A stretch of DNA of 35,705 nt from an uncultured bacterium (GCA_965603035.1 CBFDBL010000001.1:1-35705); one strand, 5' to 3'; numbered from the stretch's first letter, positions 1 to 9,331 are shown. The notes: generated from the sequence alone by a model not told the origin. Made by a program: numbers and translations.

Positions 1-1504
1 CGACGAGACGGGAAGTGTCTCGCTCGCCATCCAGGACGGCTTCGAACAAGGGGCGCAACTGGTTGTTAGCGATCGGTCGCTCAACGACGTAGGGCTGTCG
101 CTGCCCGGGGAGCTTGATCAGCAGTGGGACGTGGCGCGGCCACTCGGGGTCGCCAGCGTACGGCGCCGCGGGGTCGATACGCCAGCTATGGTCGCCCGTC
201 AACACGAGCAAGGCGTCGTCGAACAGGCCGGCTGCCGTGAGCCGACGCACGATATCGCCCACGTACGTGTCCGTGTAGATCAGGTTTCGCAGGTATCCAT
301 CCGACTGCCCTTTCCCGCGGACCTCGGCTCGGTAGCTGCCGTCCTCGTTCCACACGTAGGGGTAATGGGGAGGGAATGCGTGGAACACCCCAAAGGTGTT
401 GCGCGCTGTGGAGTCCAGGATGGTGGCCGCCCGGCGTCGGAACAAGCGCTCGTTGCTGTAGCGCTGGGTTCGGGAGATCAGCGATGTGGGGTTGTAAACG
501 CTCAGCCATCTCGCGAGAAACCGGCTCGCGGGATCCTGCCAAGCATGGATGTTCCGGACTGCCGCCATGCCCATCTCGCTCAGGTAGTGGTCGCCCCTGG
601 GGTAGTCGGGGTACTCCACGCACCAATCCACCTGGTCCCCGAGGAGCCTGGAGTAGGGCATAGCCCAGCCCATCATGTACGTGTTGTACCCGTGCTCCCG
701 GGCAACGCTGAACAGGCTGGACGCGTCCGTGGTGGGCACTCGCCCGGCCTCGGTCACCCAGAAGATGCGTCCGTCAACACTCTCGTAGTCCAGCTCCCAG
801 TCCGTCTGGTAGATGACCCTTGGCAGGGAGACGCTTGTGTGCGTACTCGAGGAGTAGCACCGGTCGAAGAGCACAGAGCGCTCCGAGAGGGTCCGGAGGT
901 TCGGAAGCTCGGGCCGGAACTGCCCGCCCGAGATGCTGCGATGGTAAGACAACATGTCGAACACGAACACGAACACCGGGACGCAGTCCTTCGAGCCTTG
1001 CCGGGAGACCACGTCCGTCCGGGGGGCTTCGCCCCAGGTCTGCCACGTGAGGATCTGCGCGCTGAGGACAAAAGGGGCCAAGGAGAACACCAGGCACACG
1101 TTGACCGCGTAGCGCAGCAGACGGCCCGATTGCCGCCGAGCCACCCACCAGCCCAGCATGAACATGGCGGCCAGACCCGAAGCCTCCACAACGCCCTGGT
1201 AGCTGAAGAGCAGGAAGCTCGGCATCGCACTGACCACGCCGTGGAAGAACAACAAGAGGAACATCCCGCGGAACACGTGCCGCACCATGGGCCACTGTCT
1301 GCGCGCTGCCAGCCGATCCACTGCCCACCCGATCGCCGCAAGAAGCAGGGGGAGCAGCAGCAGATCGGCGACGAGCCCGATGGCCTGGGTCCTGTCCCAC
1401 AGGCTCTTGTACCGGTTCTGGGGATGGGTCAGAGAGCGCACCTGCATCGCGAAGTGCAGGAACACGACGAAGGTGCTGACCAGGTACCACCTGAGGAACT
1501 GCAT
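1..1504 (-). CDS. Membrane-anchored sulfatase-like / alkaline-phosphatase-superfamily enzyme (3' end of the gene lies beyond the left window edge)
   Basis: Absent from the ORF track because it runs off the edge. Hand translation of the minus strand from the ATG at 1504 gives MQFLRWYLVSTFVVFLHF... with several hydrophobic helices. These are followed by VFVFVFDMLSY (metal-binding Asp region), CYSSSTHTSVSLPR (Ser/Thr nucleophile region) and LLVLTGDHSWR (the GDH motif of sulfatase/LtaS/EptA-type enzymes). The frame stays open to position 1. It starts 20 nt after the upstream gene's stop. Confidence 0.7.
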   Translation of the reverse strand, partial: MQFLRWYLVSTFVVFLHFAMQVRSLTHPQNRYKSLWDRTQAIGLVADLLLLPLLLAAIGWAVDRLAARRQWPMVRHVFRGMFLLLFFHGVVSAMPSFLLFSYQGVVEASGLAAMFMLGWWVARRQSGRLLRYAVNVCLVFSLAPFVLSAQILTWQTWGEAPRTDVVSRQGSKDCVPVFVFVFDMLSYHRSISGGQFRPELPNLRTLSERSVLFDRCYSSSTHTSVSLPRVIYQTDWELDYESVDGRIFWVTEAGRVPTTDASSLFSVAREHGYNTYMMGWAMPYSRLLGDQVDWCVEYPDYPRGDHYLSEMGMAAVRNIHAWQDPASRFLARWLSVYNPTSLISRTQRYSNERLFRRRAATILDSTARNTFGVFHAFPPHYPYVWNEDGSYRAEVRGKGQSDGYLRNLIYTDTYVGDIVRRLTAAGLFDDALLVLTGDHSWRIDPAAPYAGDPEWPRHVPLLIKLPGQRQPYVVERPIANNQLRPLFEAVLDGERDTSRLV

Positions 1505-1523
1505 GCTCTCGGACCCCTACGCG

Positions 1524-2987
1524 TCAGCCCAGCGAGACGCCGGATGCCGGCGGAGCGGCTGCGCGCTTCCGCAGGAACAGGAGCGTGCGCTTGGACCCCG
1601 GGACCGGGGTCTCGCGCACCAGCTCGAAGCGCTCCAGGAACACGGCGCGGCACAGGTCCAGCGTCAGGTCACCAAAGAGGTCGACGCGGAACTTCATGAG
1701 CCGCTGGAACATGCTGTCGTCGGTGGGCACGAACTCCAGGACCAGGTCGCGCCGGGTCAGCCGACACAGCAGGTCGCAGATCGCAGGCAGCGGGAGATTG
1801 GCGGAGACGATGAGATGGTGGATGAGCGCCAATGCAAGCACACAATCGGCCCGGATGCGCTCCAGGAACGGCGGGCGCTCCTCGTTCATCAACCCGATGC
1901 CAGGACTGGGGTTCGCCAGGTCCACGACCATCGGCGCGATGGGGGCAGGATCCTCGCGCAGAGAGCGGTAGAGCATCTCGACAGCGTCATGGTCGCCGTC
2001 TACGGCCACCACCTGGGCGCCACGCTCGGCAGCCAGCCTGCTGTACTCCCCGGTGTTGCACCCCAGATCGAGGACTCGCTCGGGACGGGTTTCCTGGAGG
2101 AACTGGGCGACGAGCGATTTCTTGCCCTCCTCCGCGGCTCGTTCGTAGTTGCAGATGCTCGTGTACTCGGACCACACGCCGTGCGGCTTGTAGCCATCGG
2201 CGAGTTTGAGGACCTTGCGCCGCAGACGGCGCAGGTTCAGCATCTGGGCGTCGGTGTTCTCCCTGCGTTGCTCAAGGACCTGCCGCCTCGCTCGATCGCC
2301 GCGCTCGGCCCAGCGGTGGAGCCACAGGGGGAGTGTGAGATCGACAAACACCGATGGCCTGAACCGCACCAGGCCACGGAAGCCGTCAGCGACGTCCTCG
2401 ATGGACCGCCCACATAGGGCGCCTCGAAAGTAGGACCGCAGGTCCCACCCCCGGTAGCGACACAGCAGGAGGGGGAACAGGAACATCTGCGCGAACTGGC
2501 CGAGGGCGAACCAGATGTCCAGCCGCTTGGGGCGCTCGATCGAGGACAGGTCGATGAATACCGGCTGCCCGGCCACGAACTGGATGTTATAGGCTGTGGC
2601 GTCCTTCAGCGCGCATCTTGCCTCGAGGAGTCTCATCTGGAGGTCCAGCGTGCGAGCGCCTGCATCGGCGAGCATCGACAGCGACCACTCGTAGGGATAG
2701 GTGATCGGCCAGAGCGACTCGTGCGCCAGAAAGTGGTCGTAGCCCGGGTGCTCCGAGCGCAGCAATGCCCCCAGCGCCTCGTCCTTGACGAAGTCGGTGC
2801 GCACGATCCAGCGCTGGTCCATCAGCTCCGGCAGGACCCCGTCGCTGTGGAGTTCACTGAGCAGGCCGTAGCAGTCATCATCAACGGCCCGGAACACCCG
2901 CCCATCGCGGAGGAACACGTACCCCGAAGGGTCGCGATATGAACCAGCCACGCGCGCGGCGAAGGCCGAAGCCGTGTCAGGCGTCAT
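1524..2987 (-). CDS. Two-domain class I SAM-dependent methyltransferase (conserved N-terminal domain of unknown role plus C-terminal methyltransferase fold)
   Basis: Track ORF 1524..3116. I place the start at the internal ATG 2987 (MTPDTASAF...), which is preceded by GGAGAG about 4 nt upstream. The SAM-binding motif is VLDLGCNTGEYS followed by VVAVDGD. The N-terminal domain carries PITYPYEWSLSML. The Arg/Pro-rich residues upstream of 2987 look non-coding. Confidence 0.8.
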   Translation of the reverse strand: MTPDTASAFAARVAGSYRDPSGYVFLRDGRVFRAVDDDCYGLLSELHSDGVLPELMDQRWIVRTDFVKDEALGALLRSEHPGYDHFLAHESLWPITYPYEWSLSMLADAGARTLDLQMRLLEARCALKDATAYNIQFVAGQPVFIDLSSIERPKRLDIWFALGQFAQMFLFPLLLCRYRGWDLRSYFRGALCGRSIEDVADGFRGLVRFRPSVFVDLTLPLWLHRWAERGDRARRQVLEQRRENTDAQMLNLRRLRRKVLKLADGYKPHGVWSEYTSICNYERAAEEGKKSLVAQFLQETRPERVLDLGCNTGEYSRLAAERGAQVVAVDGDHDAVEMLYRSLREDPAPIAPMVVDLANPSPGIGLMNEERPPFLERIRADCVLALALIHHLIVSANLPLPAICDLLCRLTRRDLVLEFVPTDDSMFQRLMKFRVDLFGDLTLDLCRAVFLERFELVRETPVPGSKRTLLFLRKRAAAPPASGVSLG

Positions 2988-3189
2988 GCGTCTCTCCGTG
3001 GCCGGCATCGGGTGCATCGCGCTCCGGCGCGCTCTCGTCGCGGGTCTTCCTCCCGGACAGCCGCCGGACCGCGGCCCAGATGGCGCGGCGGAAGAACGCC
3101 GCGCAGCCGACGGCACCGGCGAGGATCACCTGGAGGATGATCGCTCCCGACATGGGATCTATGTACGCGAGACAGGTCAGATCTGGCAT
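2977..3189 (-). CDS. Small single-pass membrane protein (about 70 aa) with a YIDPxSG N-terminal motif
   Basis: Track ORF 2977..3210. The ATG at 3189 is preceded by GGAGAGGAGG. The peptide MPDLTCLAYIDPMSGAIILQVILAGAVGCAAFFRRAIW has one clear TM helix followed by basic residues. It overlaps the methyltransferase start by 11 nt. The ORF is short, so the call is tentative. Confidence 0.45.
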   Translation of the reverse strand: MPDLTCLAYIDPMSGAIILQVILAGAVGCAAFFRRAIWAAVRRLSGRKTRDESAPERDAPDAGHGETHDA

Positions 3190-3228
3190 CTCCGCCTCCT
3201 CTCCGGCCACTGGGCAACCCAGGCCGGT

Positions 3229-4344
3229 TCATGCACACCAGGAGCTGAGGACCCCGGCGACGGCGGTCATCTGCTCGTCGGTCAACTCGGGGAACATGGG
3301 CAGCGAGGCGATCTCGGACGCCACGCGCTCGGTCACAGGCAGGCTGCCTTCGGCGTAGCCCAGGTCGGCGTAGGCCCTCTGGAGGTGGACGGGCAGCGGG
3401 TAGTGGATGCCCGAGGCGATGCCTGCTTCGTCGAGCGCCGCGCGCAGCCCGTCGCGGTCGGAGCAGCGGACGACGTAGAGGTGGTAGACGTGCTTGCGGC
3501 CCGGTGCCTCAACCGGGGTGACCACGTCCGCGTCGGCCAGCAGCTCGTTGTAGCGGGCGGCGTGGCTGCGGCGGGCGTCGGTCCACGCGTCGAGGTGGCC
3601 GAGCTTGACGCCGAGCACGGCGCCCTGGAAGCCGCTCATGCGGTAGTTGTAGCCCACGACGTCGTGGACATACTTCTTCGGCGAGCCGTGGTCGCGGAGC
3701 ATGCGGCAGCGGGCCGCGATCTCGGCATCGTCGGTGGTCACCGCGCCGCCCTCGCCGTAGGCGCCGAGGTTCTTGCCGGGGTAGAAACTGAAGCCTGCGG
3801 CGCGGCCGAGACTGCCGCATCGGCGTCCCCGGTACTCGGCGCCGTGGGACTGGCAGGCGTCCTCGATGAGCGGGATGCCGTGGCGGGCCGCGACGGCCGC
3901 GATGGGCTCAACGTCGAAGGGCTGGCCGTAGAGGTGCACAGGCAGGATGGCCTTGGTGCGCTCGGTGACGGCGGCCTCGACGAGCGCCGGGTCCATGGTG
4001 TACGTGGCCTCGTCGATATCGACGAACACGGGGGTGGCGCCGCACTGGGAGATCGCCTCGGTCGTGGCGATGAACGTGTGGGAGACGGTGACGACCTCGT
4101 CGCCCGGCCCGACCCCCGCGGCGAGGAGCGCCACGTGGAGGGCCGCCGTGCCGGAGTTGACGGCGACGCAGTGGTCGGCGCCGCAGTAGGCAGCGAAGGC
4201 TTCCTCGAACGCCGCGACCTTGGGCCCAAGGACGAAGGCACAGGATTCCATGACCTCCGCGAGCTCGGCGCGGATCGCTTCGCCGACCACGCGGTACTGG
4301 GCCTTGAGGTCCACGAAGGGGACGTTGCCATCGCCAGGCATCAT
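3229..4344 (-). CDS. wbpE: DegT/DnrJ/EryC1/StrS-family PLP aminotransferase, WbpE-like (UDP-2-acetamido-2-deoxy-3-oxo-glucuronate aminotransferase type)
   Basis: This is the real part of track ORF 3229..5139, beginning MMPGDGNVPFVDLKAQY at ATG 4344/4341 after GAGGAGGA. The family signature is FSFYPGKNLGAYGEGGAVTT (PLP lysine). Other matches are HYPLPVHLQ and SLPMFPELT. The start overlaps the upstream stop (ATGATG/TGA). Confidence 0.85.
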   Translation of the reverse strand: MMPGDGNVPFVDLKAQYRVVGEAIRAELAEVMESCAFVLGPKVAAFEEAFAAYCGADHCVAVNSGTAALHVALLAAGVGPGDEVVTVSHTFIATTEAISQCGATPVFVDIDEATYTMDPALVEAAVTERTKAILPVHLYGQPFDVEPIAAVAARHGIPLIEDACQSHGAEYRGRRCGSLGRAAGFSFYPGKNLGAYGEGGAVTTDDAEIAARCRMLRDHGSPKKYVHDVVGYNYRMSGFQGAVLGVKLGHLDAWTDARRSHAARYNELLADADVVTPVEAPGRKHVYHLYVVRCSDRDGLRAALDEAGIASGIHYPLPVHLQRAYADLGYAEGSLPVTERVASEIASLPMFPELTDEQMTAVAGVLSSWCA

Positions 4345-5006
4345 TCCTCCTCTCGGACGTAGGGGGGCCAGCAGTAGGGGTGCTCGTAGAAGCCCGCGTG
4401 GCAGACGAGGTCGCCCACCATCTTGAGCTTCTTCGCAGGCCACCCCGCCACCACGGTGTCGGGAGGCACGTCGCGCAACACCACCGAGCCGGCAGCAACA
4501 AAGGCGTTCTTGCCGACCACCACGCCGGGCAAGAGCGTCGCGTTGGCGCCGATGCGGGCGTAGTCCTCGACCGTCACCCCGCCCAGGCATTCGGTGTAGC
4601 GAGGGCACTTCATCGGATGGGGGTCGTCGGTGAAGACGACGTTGGGGCCGACGAAGACGTGCTTGCCGAGGGTGGTCAACTCGAGGAAGCAGCCGCTGTG
4701 CACGCGGGAGCCCTCCCCCACGCGGTTCCCGAATTCGAGGACGGAACTGGTGCCGACGCTGCACCCGTCGGCGATCACGTTGTCCTCGCGGATGAGCACG
4801 CAGTGGCCGGTCTGGAAGTCGCGGCCGATGGTCGTGCCCGCGTAGATGGTGGTGAAAGGCCGGATGACCGCGTCGTCGCCGATCACGAGTGGCAGCTCGC
4901 CAGGCTCCCTGCCTCGGGGAGGCATGCCCAGCACGCACGGGCCGTGGAGGGTGACGTTCGCCCCAAGCTGGACGTTTGGGTAGACGCGGGACCAATCGTC
5001 GTTCAT
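4341..5006 (-). CDS. wbpD: Left-handed beta-helix (hexapeptide-repeat) N-acetyltransferase, WbpD-like
   Basis: This is the real part of track ORF 4341..5456, starting MNDDWSRVYPNVQLGANV at ATG 5006. Hexapeptide-repeat stretches are present (IGDDAVIRPFTTIYAGTTIGRDFQTGHCVLIREDNVIADGCSVG...). It has an ATGA start/stop overlap with the upstream oxidoreductase. Confidence 0.8.
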   Translation of the reverse strand: MNDDWSRVYPNVQLGANVTLHGPCVLGMPPRGREPGELPLVIGDDAVIRPFTTIYAGTTIGRDFQTGHCVLIREDNVIADGCSVGTSSVLEFGNRVGEGSRVHSGCFLELTTLGKHVFVGPNVVFTDDPHPMKCPRYTECLGGVTVEDYARIGANATLLPGVVVGKNAFVAAGSVVLRDVPPDTVVAGWPAKKLKMVGDLVCHAGFYEHPYCWPPYVREEE

Positions 5007-6022
5007 GAGATCTCGACCCTCGCTCCCTGGTTGCGCAGCGATGCCTCTGCGGCGGCGAGCACGCGCACCACCCGCAGGCCACTGGCGCCGTCGCTGCGCG
5101 GCGCCGACCCCGTGGCGATGGCCTTGAGGAAATCGGCACATTCCAGCTTCAGCGGCTCGGCGGCCTCCACCTTGGGCGAGAAGATGTCGCCCGAAGCATA
5201 GTAAAGGCGGAACTCGCCGAACGTGTCGAGGTAGGGGAGATGGGTGACCCGCTTGTCGTAGATCTTGATGGGCTCGGCGGCGTTCATGTCGTCGTACACC
5301 GCCATCTTCTTGTCCCCCACGATCGTCGTGCGCCGGATCTTGCACGGGTCGAGCCACGACAGGTGGAGGTGCGTGATGACGTTGTCGGGGTAGAACAGCG
5401 TGACGAAGGCCACGTCCTCGACCTTCGGGTTGACGTTGCACGCGCCGGTCGCACACACCGCCTCGGGCTCCCGCCAGAGCAGGTAGTTCGCAATCGAGAC
5501 GTCGTGTGGTGCGAGGTCCCAGACCACGTTGATATCGCTCTGGAACAGGCCCAGGTTGAGCCGCGCCATGGCGAGGTACATGACCTTCCCAAGCTCGCCG
5601 CTGTGGACGAGCTCCTTGAGCTTGTTGACGGCGGGGTTGTACTCGAACACGTGGCCGACCATGAGCACCCGGCCCCGCTCAGCGGCGAGCGTCACCAGCT
5701 CTTCCGCCTCGGCGACGGAGGCCGTGAGTGGCTTCTCAACGAAGACGTGCTTGTCGGCTTCGAGAGCCTCCTTGGCGAGCGGGAAGTGGGTGCGCACGGG
5801 GCTGGCGACGACGATCGCGTCGATTGCCGCGTCGTGGAGCAGACGGCGGTAGTCCTCCGTGACCTCGATCGCGCCGTTGTAGAGCTCGACCGCGTGCTTC
5901 CGCCGGCCCTCGGCGAGGTCGGCAATGCAGCGGACGGCGGACTCGCCGAGCGTGTGGAGATTACGGACCAGGTTCGGCCCCCAGTAGCCGAAGCCGATGA
6001 CCCCGATATTGACCTTTCCCAC
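5003..6022 (-). CDS. wbpB: Gfo/Idh/MocA-family NAD-dependent oxidoreductase, WbpB-like
   Basis: Track ORF 5003..6067. The Rossmann motif is VNIGVIGFGYWGPNL, with EKPL and a Gfo/Idh/MocA C-terminal domain. I prefer the GTG at 6022 (VGKVNIGVIG), which is preceded by AAGGAG at 7 nt. The ATG at 6067 would overlap wbpA by 14 nt and is the alternative. Confidence 0.8.
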   Translation of the reverse strand: MGKVNIGVIGFGYWGPNLVRNLHTLGESAVRCIADLAEGRRKHAVELYNGAIEVTEDYRRLLHDAAIDAIVVASPVRTHFPLAKEALEADKHVFVEKPLTASVAEAEELVTLAAERGRVLMVGHVFEYNPAVNKLKELVHSGELGKVMYLAMARLNLGLFQSDINVVWDLAPHDVSIANYLLWREPEAVCATGACNVNPKVEDVAFVTLFYPDNVITHLHLSWLDPCKIRRTTIVGDKKMAVYDDMNAAEPIKIYDKRVTHLPYLDTFGEFRLYYASGDIFSPKVEAAEPLKLECADFLKAIATGSAPRSDGASGLRVVRVLAAAEASLRNQGARVEIS

Positions 6023-6053
6023 GGCGCGACTCCTTGCCCCAGAGGTAAAGCGC

Positions 6054-7385
6054 TCAGAGCTTGACAATCCGCGCCTTCCCGTCGCGGCCGTTGGTGGCGT
6101 TGCGGGTGTCCACGACCAGCCGGGCGTGGTCGACGACGGCCTGGTAGTCGAAGGCGGCGTGGTTGGCGACGATGACGACGCAGTCGGCGGCGGCGAGGGC
6201 CTCGGGGGTCGCCTCGCGGCTGACGAGCTCGAGGCCGTCGTAGTGCAGCTCGGCGACGTGGGGGTCGGCGTAGTGGACGACGGCGCCGCGGGCGAGCAGG
6301 AGCTTGATGATGTCGAGCGCGGGGGACTCGCGGATGTCGGCGACGTCGGGCTTGTAGGCCACGCCGAGCACGAGGATGCGGGAGCCGCGCACGGGCTTGC
6401 CCTCGTCGTTGAGCGCGGCGGCGATCTTCTCGACGACGTGGCGCGGCATGGAGGCGTTGATCTTGGCCGCCAGGTCGATGAAGCTGGCCTCGATGTCGAG
6501 CAGCCGGGCCTTCCAGCTCAGGTAGATGGGGTCGACGGGCAGGCAGTGGCCGCCGAGGCCGGGGCCGGGGTAGAAGGGCATGAAGCCGAAGGGCTTGGTG
6601 GCGGCGGCTCCGATCACCTCCCAGACGTCCACGCCCATGCGCTCGCAGATGAGGGCGAACTCGTTGATGAGGCCGATGTTGACGCTGCGGAAGGTGTTTT
6701 CGAGGAGCTTGACCATCTCGGCGGCCTTCGTGGACGAGACGGGGTGGACCCGCTCGATGACCTGGCCGTAGAGGGCGGCGGCGATGCGGGTGGACGCGTC
6801 GTTGACCCCGCCGACGACCTTGGGGATGTTGCGCGTGGAGTAGGTCTTGTTGCCGGGGTCCACGCGCTCGGGGCTGAAGGCGAGGAAGAGCTCGCGGCCG
6901 ACCTCGAGGCCGGTCTCGGCGAGGAGGGGCGCGACCAGCTCCTCGCAGGTGCCGGGGTAGGTGGTGCTCTCGAGGACGATGAGCTGGCCGGGCCGGGCGT
7001 GGGCCTTGATGCGGGTGGCGGCGTCCACGATGTAGGAGACGTCGGGGTCCTTGGTCTTGCGCAGGGGCGTGGGCACGCAGACGACGATGGCGTCGGCGTC
7101 GCCGAGGACGGCCTCGTCGGTGGTGGCGCGCAGCAGATCCTTGGCGACGACGCCGGCGAGGATGGCGGAGTTGACGTCGCCGATGTAGGAGTTGCCGTGG
7201 TTGATGCGATCGATGCGGGCGGGGTCCACGTCGAACCCGACGACGCGGAAGCCGGCGAGGGCGAACTCGGTGGCGAGGGGCAGGCCGACGTAGCCGAGCC
7301 CGACGACGGCGACGACGGCCTCGCGGGAGGCGATCTTGCTGACGAGGTCGGCCTCGTGGTCCGTGGCCAGTTGCGTTCCCTGCAT
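6054..7385 (-). CDS. wbpA: Nucleotide-sugar 6-dehydrogenase (UDP-GlcNAc / UDP-ManNAc dehydrogenase family), WbpA-like
   Basis: 443 aa. The N-terminal motif is VAVVGLGYVGLPLA. The catalytic region is PGPGLGGHCLPVDP. The C-terminal motif is VLGVAYKPDVADIRESPA. These are typical of the UDP-glucose/GDP-mannose dehydrogenase family. Confidence 0.9.
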   Translation of the reverse strand: MQGTQLATDHEADLVSKIASREAVVAVVGLGYVGLPLATEFALAGFRVVGFDVDPARIDRINHGNSYIGDVNSAILAGVVAKDLLRATTDEAVLGDADAIVVCVPTPLRKTKDPDVSYIVDAATRIKAHARPGQLIVLESTTYPGTCEELVAPLLAETGLEVGRELFLAFSPERVDPGNKTYSTRNIPKVVGGVNDASTRIAAALYGQVIERVHPVSSTKAAEMVKLLENTFRSVNIGLINEFALICERMGVDVWEVIGAAATKPFGFMPFYPGPGLGGHCLPVDPIYLSWKARLLDIEASFIDLAAKINASMPRHVVEKIAAALNDEGKPVRGSRILVLGVAYKPDVADIRESPALDIIKLLLARGAVVHYADPHVAELHYDGLELVSREATPEALAAADCVVIVANHAAFDYQAVVDHARLVVDTRNATNGRDGKARIVKL

Positions 7386-7568
7386 GAGCGATGCCCTTCC
7401 TTGGGGACGCCGGGGTCGCGGGCCCTGTCGTTGCGTAAGGGCCCGGTGACCTCGTGCTCGCGCGTTGTGGCCCTGGCGCGGGACGGCTCCGTCGCAGCCG
7501 CGGCCCCCAGGCGGGCCGGGGGGCCAGGCGCGCAGGGCGTCGGATTCGGGCCGCGGGGAGCGGCTCCC

Positions 7569-9251
7569 TCAGCAGCCGTGTCGCCCGATCTGCTGGATGA
7601 GAACGCTGGCGACCTGCTGCGGGCTGTGGCGCAGGAGGTCGTGCTTCTCCCAGGGGACGGGGCGATGGGTGCCGTTCTCGACGAGGTCGGCCTCGACGAT
7701 CTCGGGGCCGAGCTCGTAGAGCGCGGGGTCGATGTGGACGAGCTCGGCGCCGTCGGCGGCGTAGCGGTCGAGGACGTCGCGGCTCGGGCGGCCGGCGTTG
7801 ACGATGACGGCGTCGAGGGCGCCGTCGAGGTAGTCGAGGATGGCGCGGACGTGGTCGGACGCGGTGTAGCCTTCGGTCTGCCCCGGCTGGGTCATGACGT
7901 TGCACACGTAGACTCGGCGCGCGCGCGCCCTGCGGATGGCGCGGGCGATGCCGGGGACCAGCAGGTTGGCGACGATGCTGGTGTAGAGGCTGCCCGGCCC
8001 CAGGACGATGAGGTCGGCGCCCTGGATGGCGTCCACGGCTTCGTCGAAGGCCTCGACGCTGTCGCTGTCGAGGAAGACTCTGCGGAGCGGGGGCTTGCCG
8101 AGGCCGCGGACGTTGACCTCGGTGTGGACGACGGTGCCGTCGGCGAGCTCGGCGCACAGGTGGGTGTCGGCCAGGGTGGCGGGCAGGACGCGCCCCTCGA
8201 TGGCGAGGACGCGGCCGACCTCGCGGAGGGCCTGCTCGAAGCTCCCCGTGACCTTGGTGAGGGCGGCGATGAGGAGGTTGCCGAAGCTCATGCCCTGGAG
8301 CGAGCCGTTGTCGAAGCGGTACTGGAAGAGGGTGTGGAGTAGCTGCTCGGAGCTGCTGAGGGCGACGAGGCAGTTGCGGATGTCGCCTGGGGGCAGGACG
8401 CCGAGGTCGGAGCGCAGGCGCCCGGAGCTCCGTCCGTTGTCGGTGACGGCGACGACGGCGGTGAGCTCGCGGCTGAAGGCCTTGAGCCCCTCGAGGACGA
8501 TGGGCAGCCCGGTGCCGCCGCCGACGGCGACGACCCGGGGCGAGCGGCGGTGGGGGCGGTGGCGGAGGATGTCGACGATGTCGAGCACCTGGCCGACGCG
8601 CTCGATGCGGTAGTCGGGCTCCTCGAGCTCGCCGCGGGGCTGGAGCGCGCTGTAGCGGCCGTGGCGCATCTGCGCCGAGATGATGCCGAGGGTGTTGGCG
8701 GCCTTGATCTCGTGGTGGATGCGGTCGCCCACGGCGAGCACCTCGTCGGGCTGGAGGCCGTGGTCGCGCAGGAGCTGCTCGAAGCACTCCTCGAGGAGCA
8801 TGCCGCGCTCGCTGTCGTTGATGACGATGGCGTCGCACAGCGACTCCAGGCCGAGCACCTGGATCTTGATCTCCTGGCGGCGGTGGACGCCGTCGGTGAC
8901 GAGGAAGACGGCGATGCCGCGCGAGCGCAGCTCGTGGAGGGTGGGGACGACGTCACCGAAGAGCTCGATGTCGTCCACCTCGTCGCTGTTGTAGGCCTCC
9001 AGGGCGCGGCGGACGGCGGCGGGGCCGAGGCCGTGGAGCTCGGCGAGGCGCTCGAAGATCCTGCCGCGCGGGCCGAGCTGGGCCTCGAGCTCGAGCTGCT
9101 TGCGGTAGGCCTCGCCGGGGGTGCACGGCAGCCCGGCCTCGACCATGGCCTTGGCGGCGCGGAGCCGCGCCGCCTCCACCAGCAGACCGGTGCAGTCGTA
9201 GAGGGTGTCGTCGAGGTCGAAGATGACGGCCCGGATCGGCATGGGTCCCAT
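7569..9251 (-). CDS. Fusion protein: N-terminal HAD-superfamily hydrolase plus C-terminal YvcK/CofD-family (gluconeogenesis factor, UDP-sugar-binding) domain
   Basis: This is the real part of track ORF 7569..9827, starting at ATG 9251 (MGPMPIRAVIFDLDDTLYD; ATG 9242 is the alternative). HAD motif I is DLDDT, and the later motifs are LVTDG and VGDRIHHEIKAA. The YvcK/CofD part runs VVAVGGGTGLPIVLEGLK ... AVVAVTDNGRSSGRLR ... LIVLGPGSLYTSIVANLLVPGI. There is no stop or frameshift between the two domains. Confidence 0.8.
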   Translation of the reverse strand: MGPMPIRAVIFDLDDTLYDCTGLLVEAARLRAAKAMVEAGLPCTPGEAYRKQLELEAQLGPRGRIFERLAELHGLGPAAVRRALEAYNSDEVDDIELFGDVVPTLHELRSRGIAVFLVTDGVHRRQEIKIQVLGLESLCDAIVINDSERGMLLEECFEQLLRDHGLQPDEVLAVGDRIHHEIKAANTLGIISAQMRHGRYSALQPRGELEEPDYRIERVGQVLDIVDILRHRPHRRSPRVVAVGGGTGLPIVLEGLKAFSRELTAVVAVTDNGRSSGRLRSDLGVLPPGDIRNCLVALSSSEQLLHTLFQYRFDNGSLQGMSFGNLLIAALTKVTGSFEQALREVGRVLAIEGRVLPATLADTHLCAELADGTVVHTEVNVRGLGKPPLRRVFLDSDSVEAFDEAVDAIQGADLIVLGPGSLYTSIVANLLVPGIARAIRRARARRVYVCNVMTQPGQTEGYTASDHVRAILDYLDGALDAVIVNAGRPSRDVLDRYAADGAELVHIDPALYELGPEIVEADLVENGTHRPVPWEKHDLLRHSPQQVASVLIQQIGRHGC

Positions 9252-9331
9252 CCGACAGATGGCCGGCAGGGGGTCGAGGGCACGGTGTGCCGGAGCCGCG
9301 CGCCGCTCGCCCCGTGCCGGGCGGCTCTCGA

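Noticed and set aside
131-1699. 522-aa plus-strand ORF at the left edge
   Set aside because: It is antisense to the sulfatase-like gene, whose minus-strand translation shows TM helices and GDH-type motifs. The plus-strand product is low-complexity and Arg/His/Pro-rich.
5692-8838. 1048-aa minus-strand ORF, and the 781-aa plus-strand ORF at 5997..8342, both spanning the wbpA/YvcK region
   Set aside because: Both are extremely Arg/Pro/Gly/Ala-rich with no recognisable motifs, and they overlap well-supported genes in other frames. They are typical shadow ORFs of stop-poor high-GC DNA.
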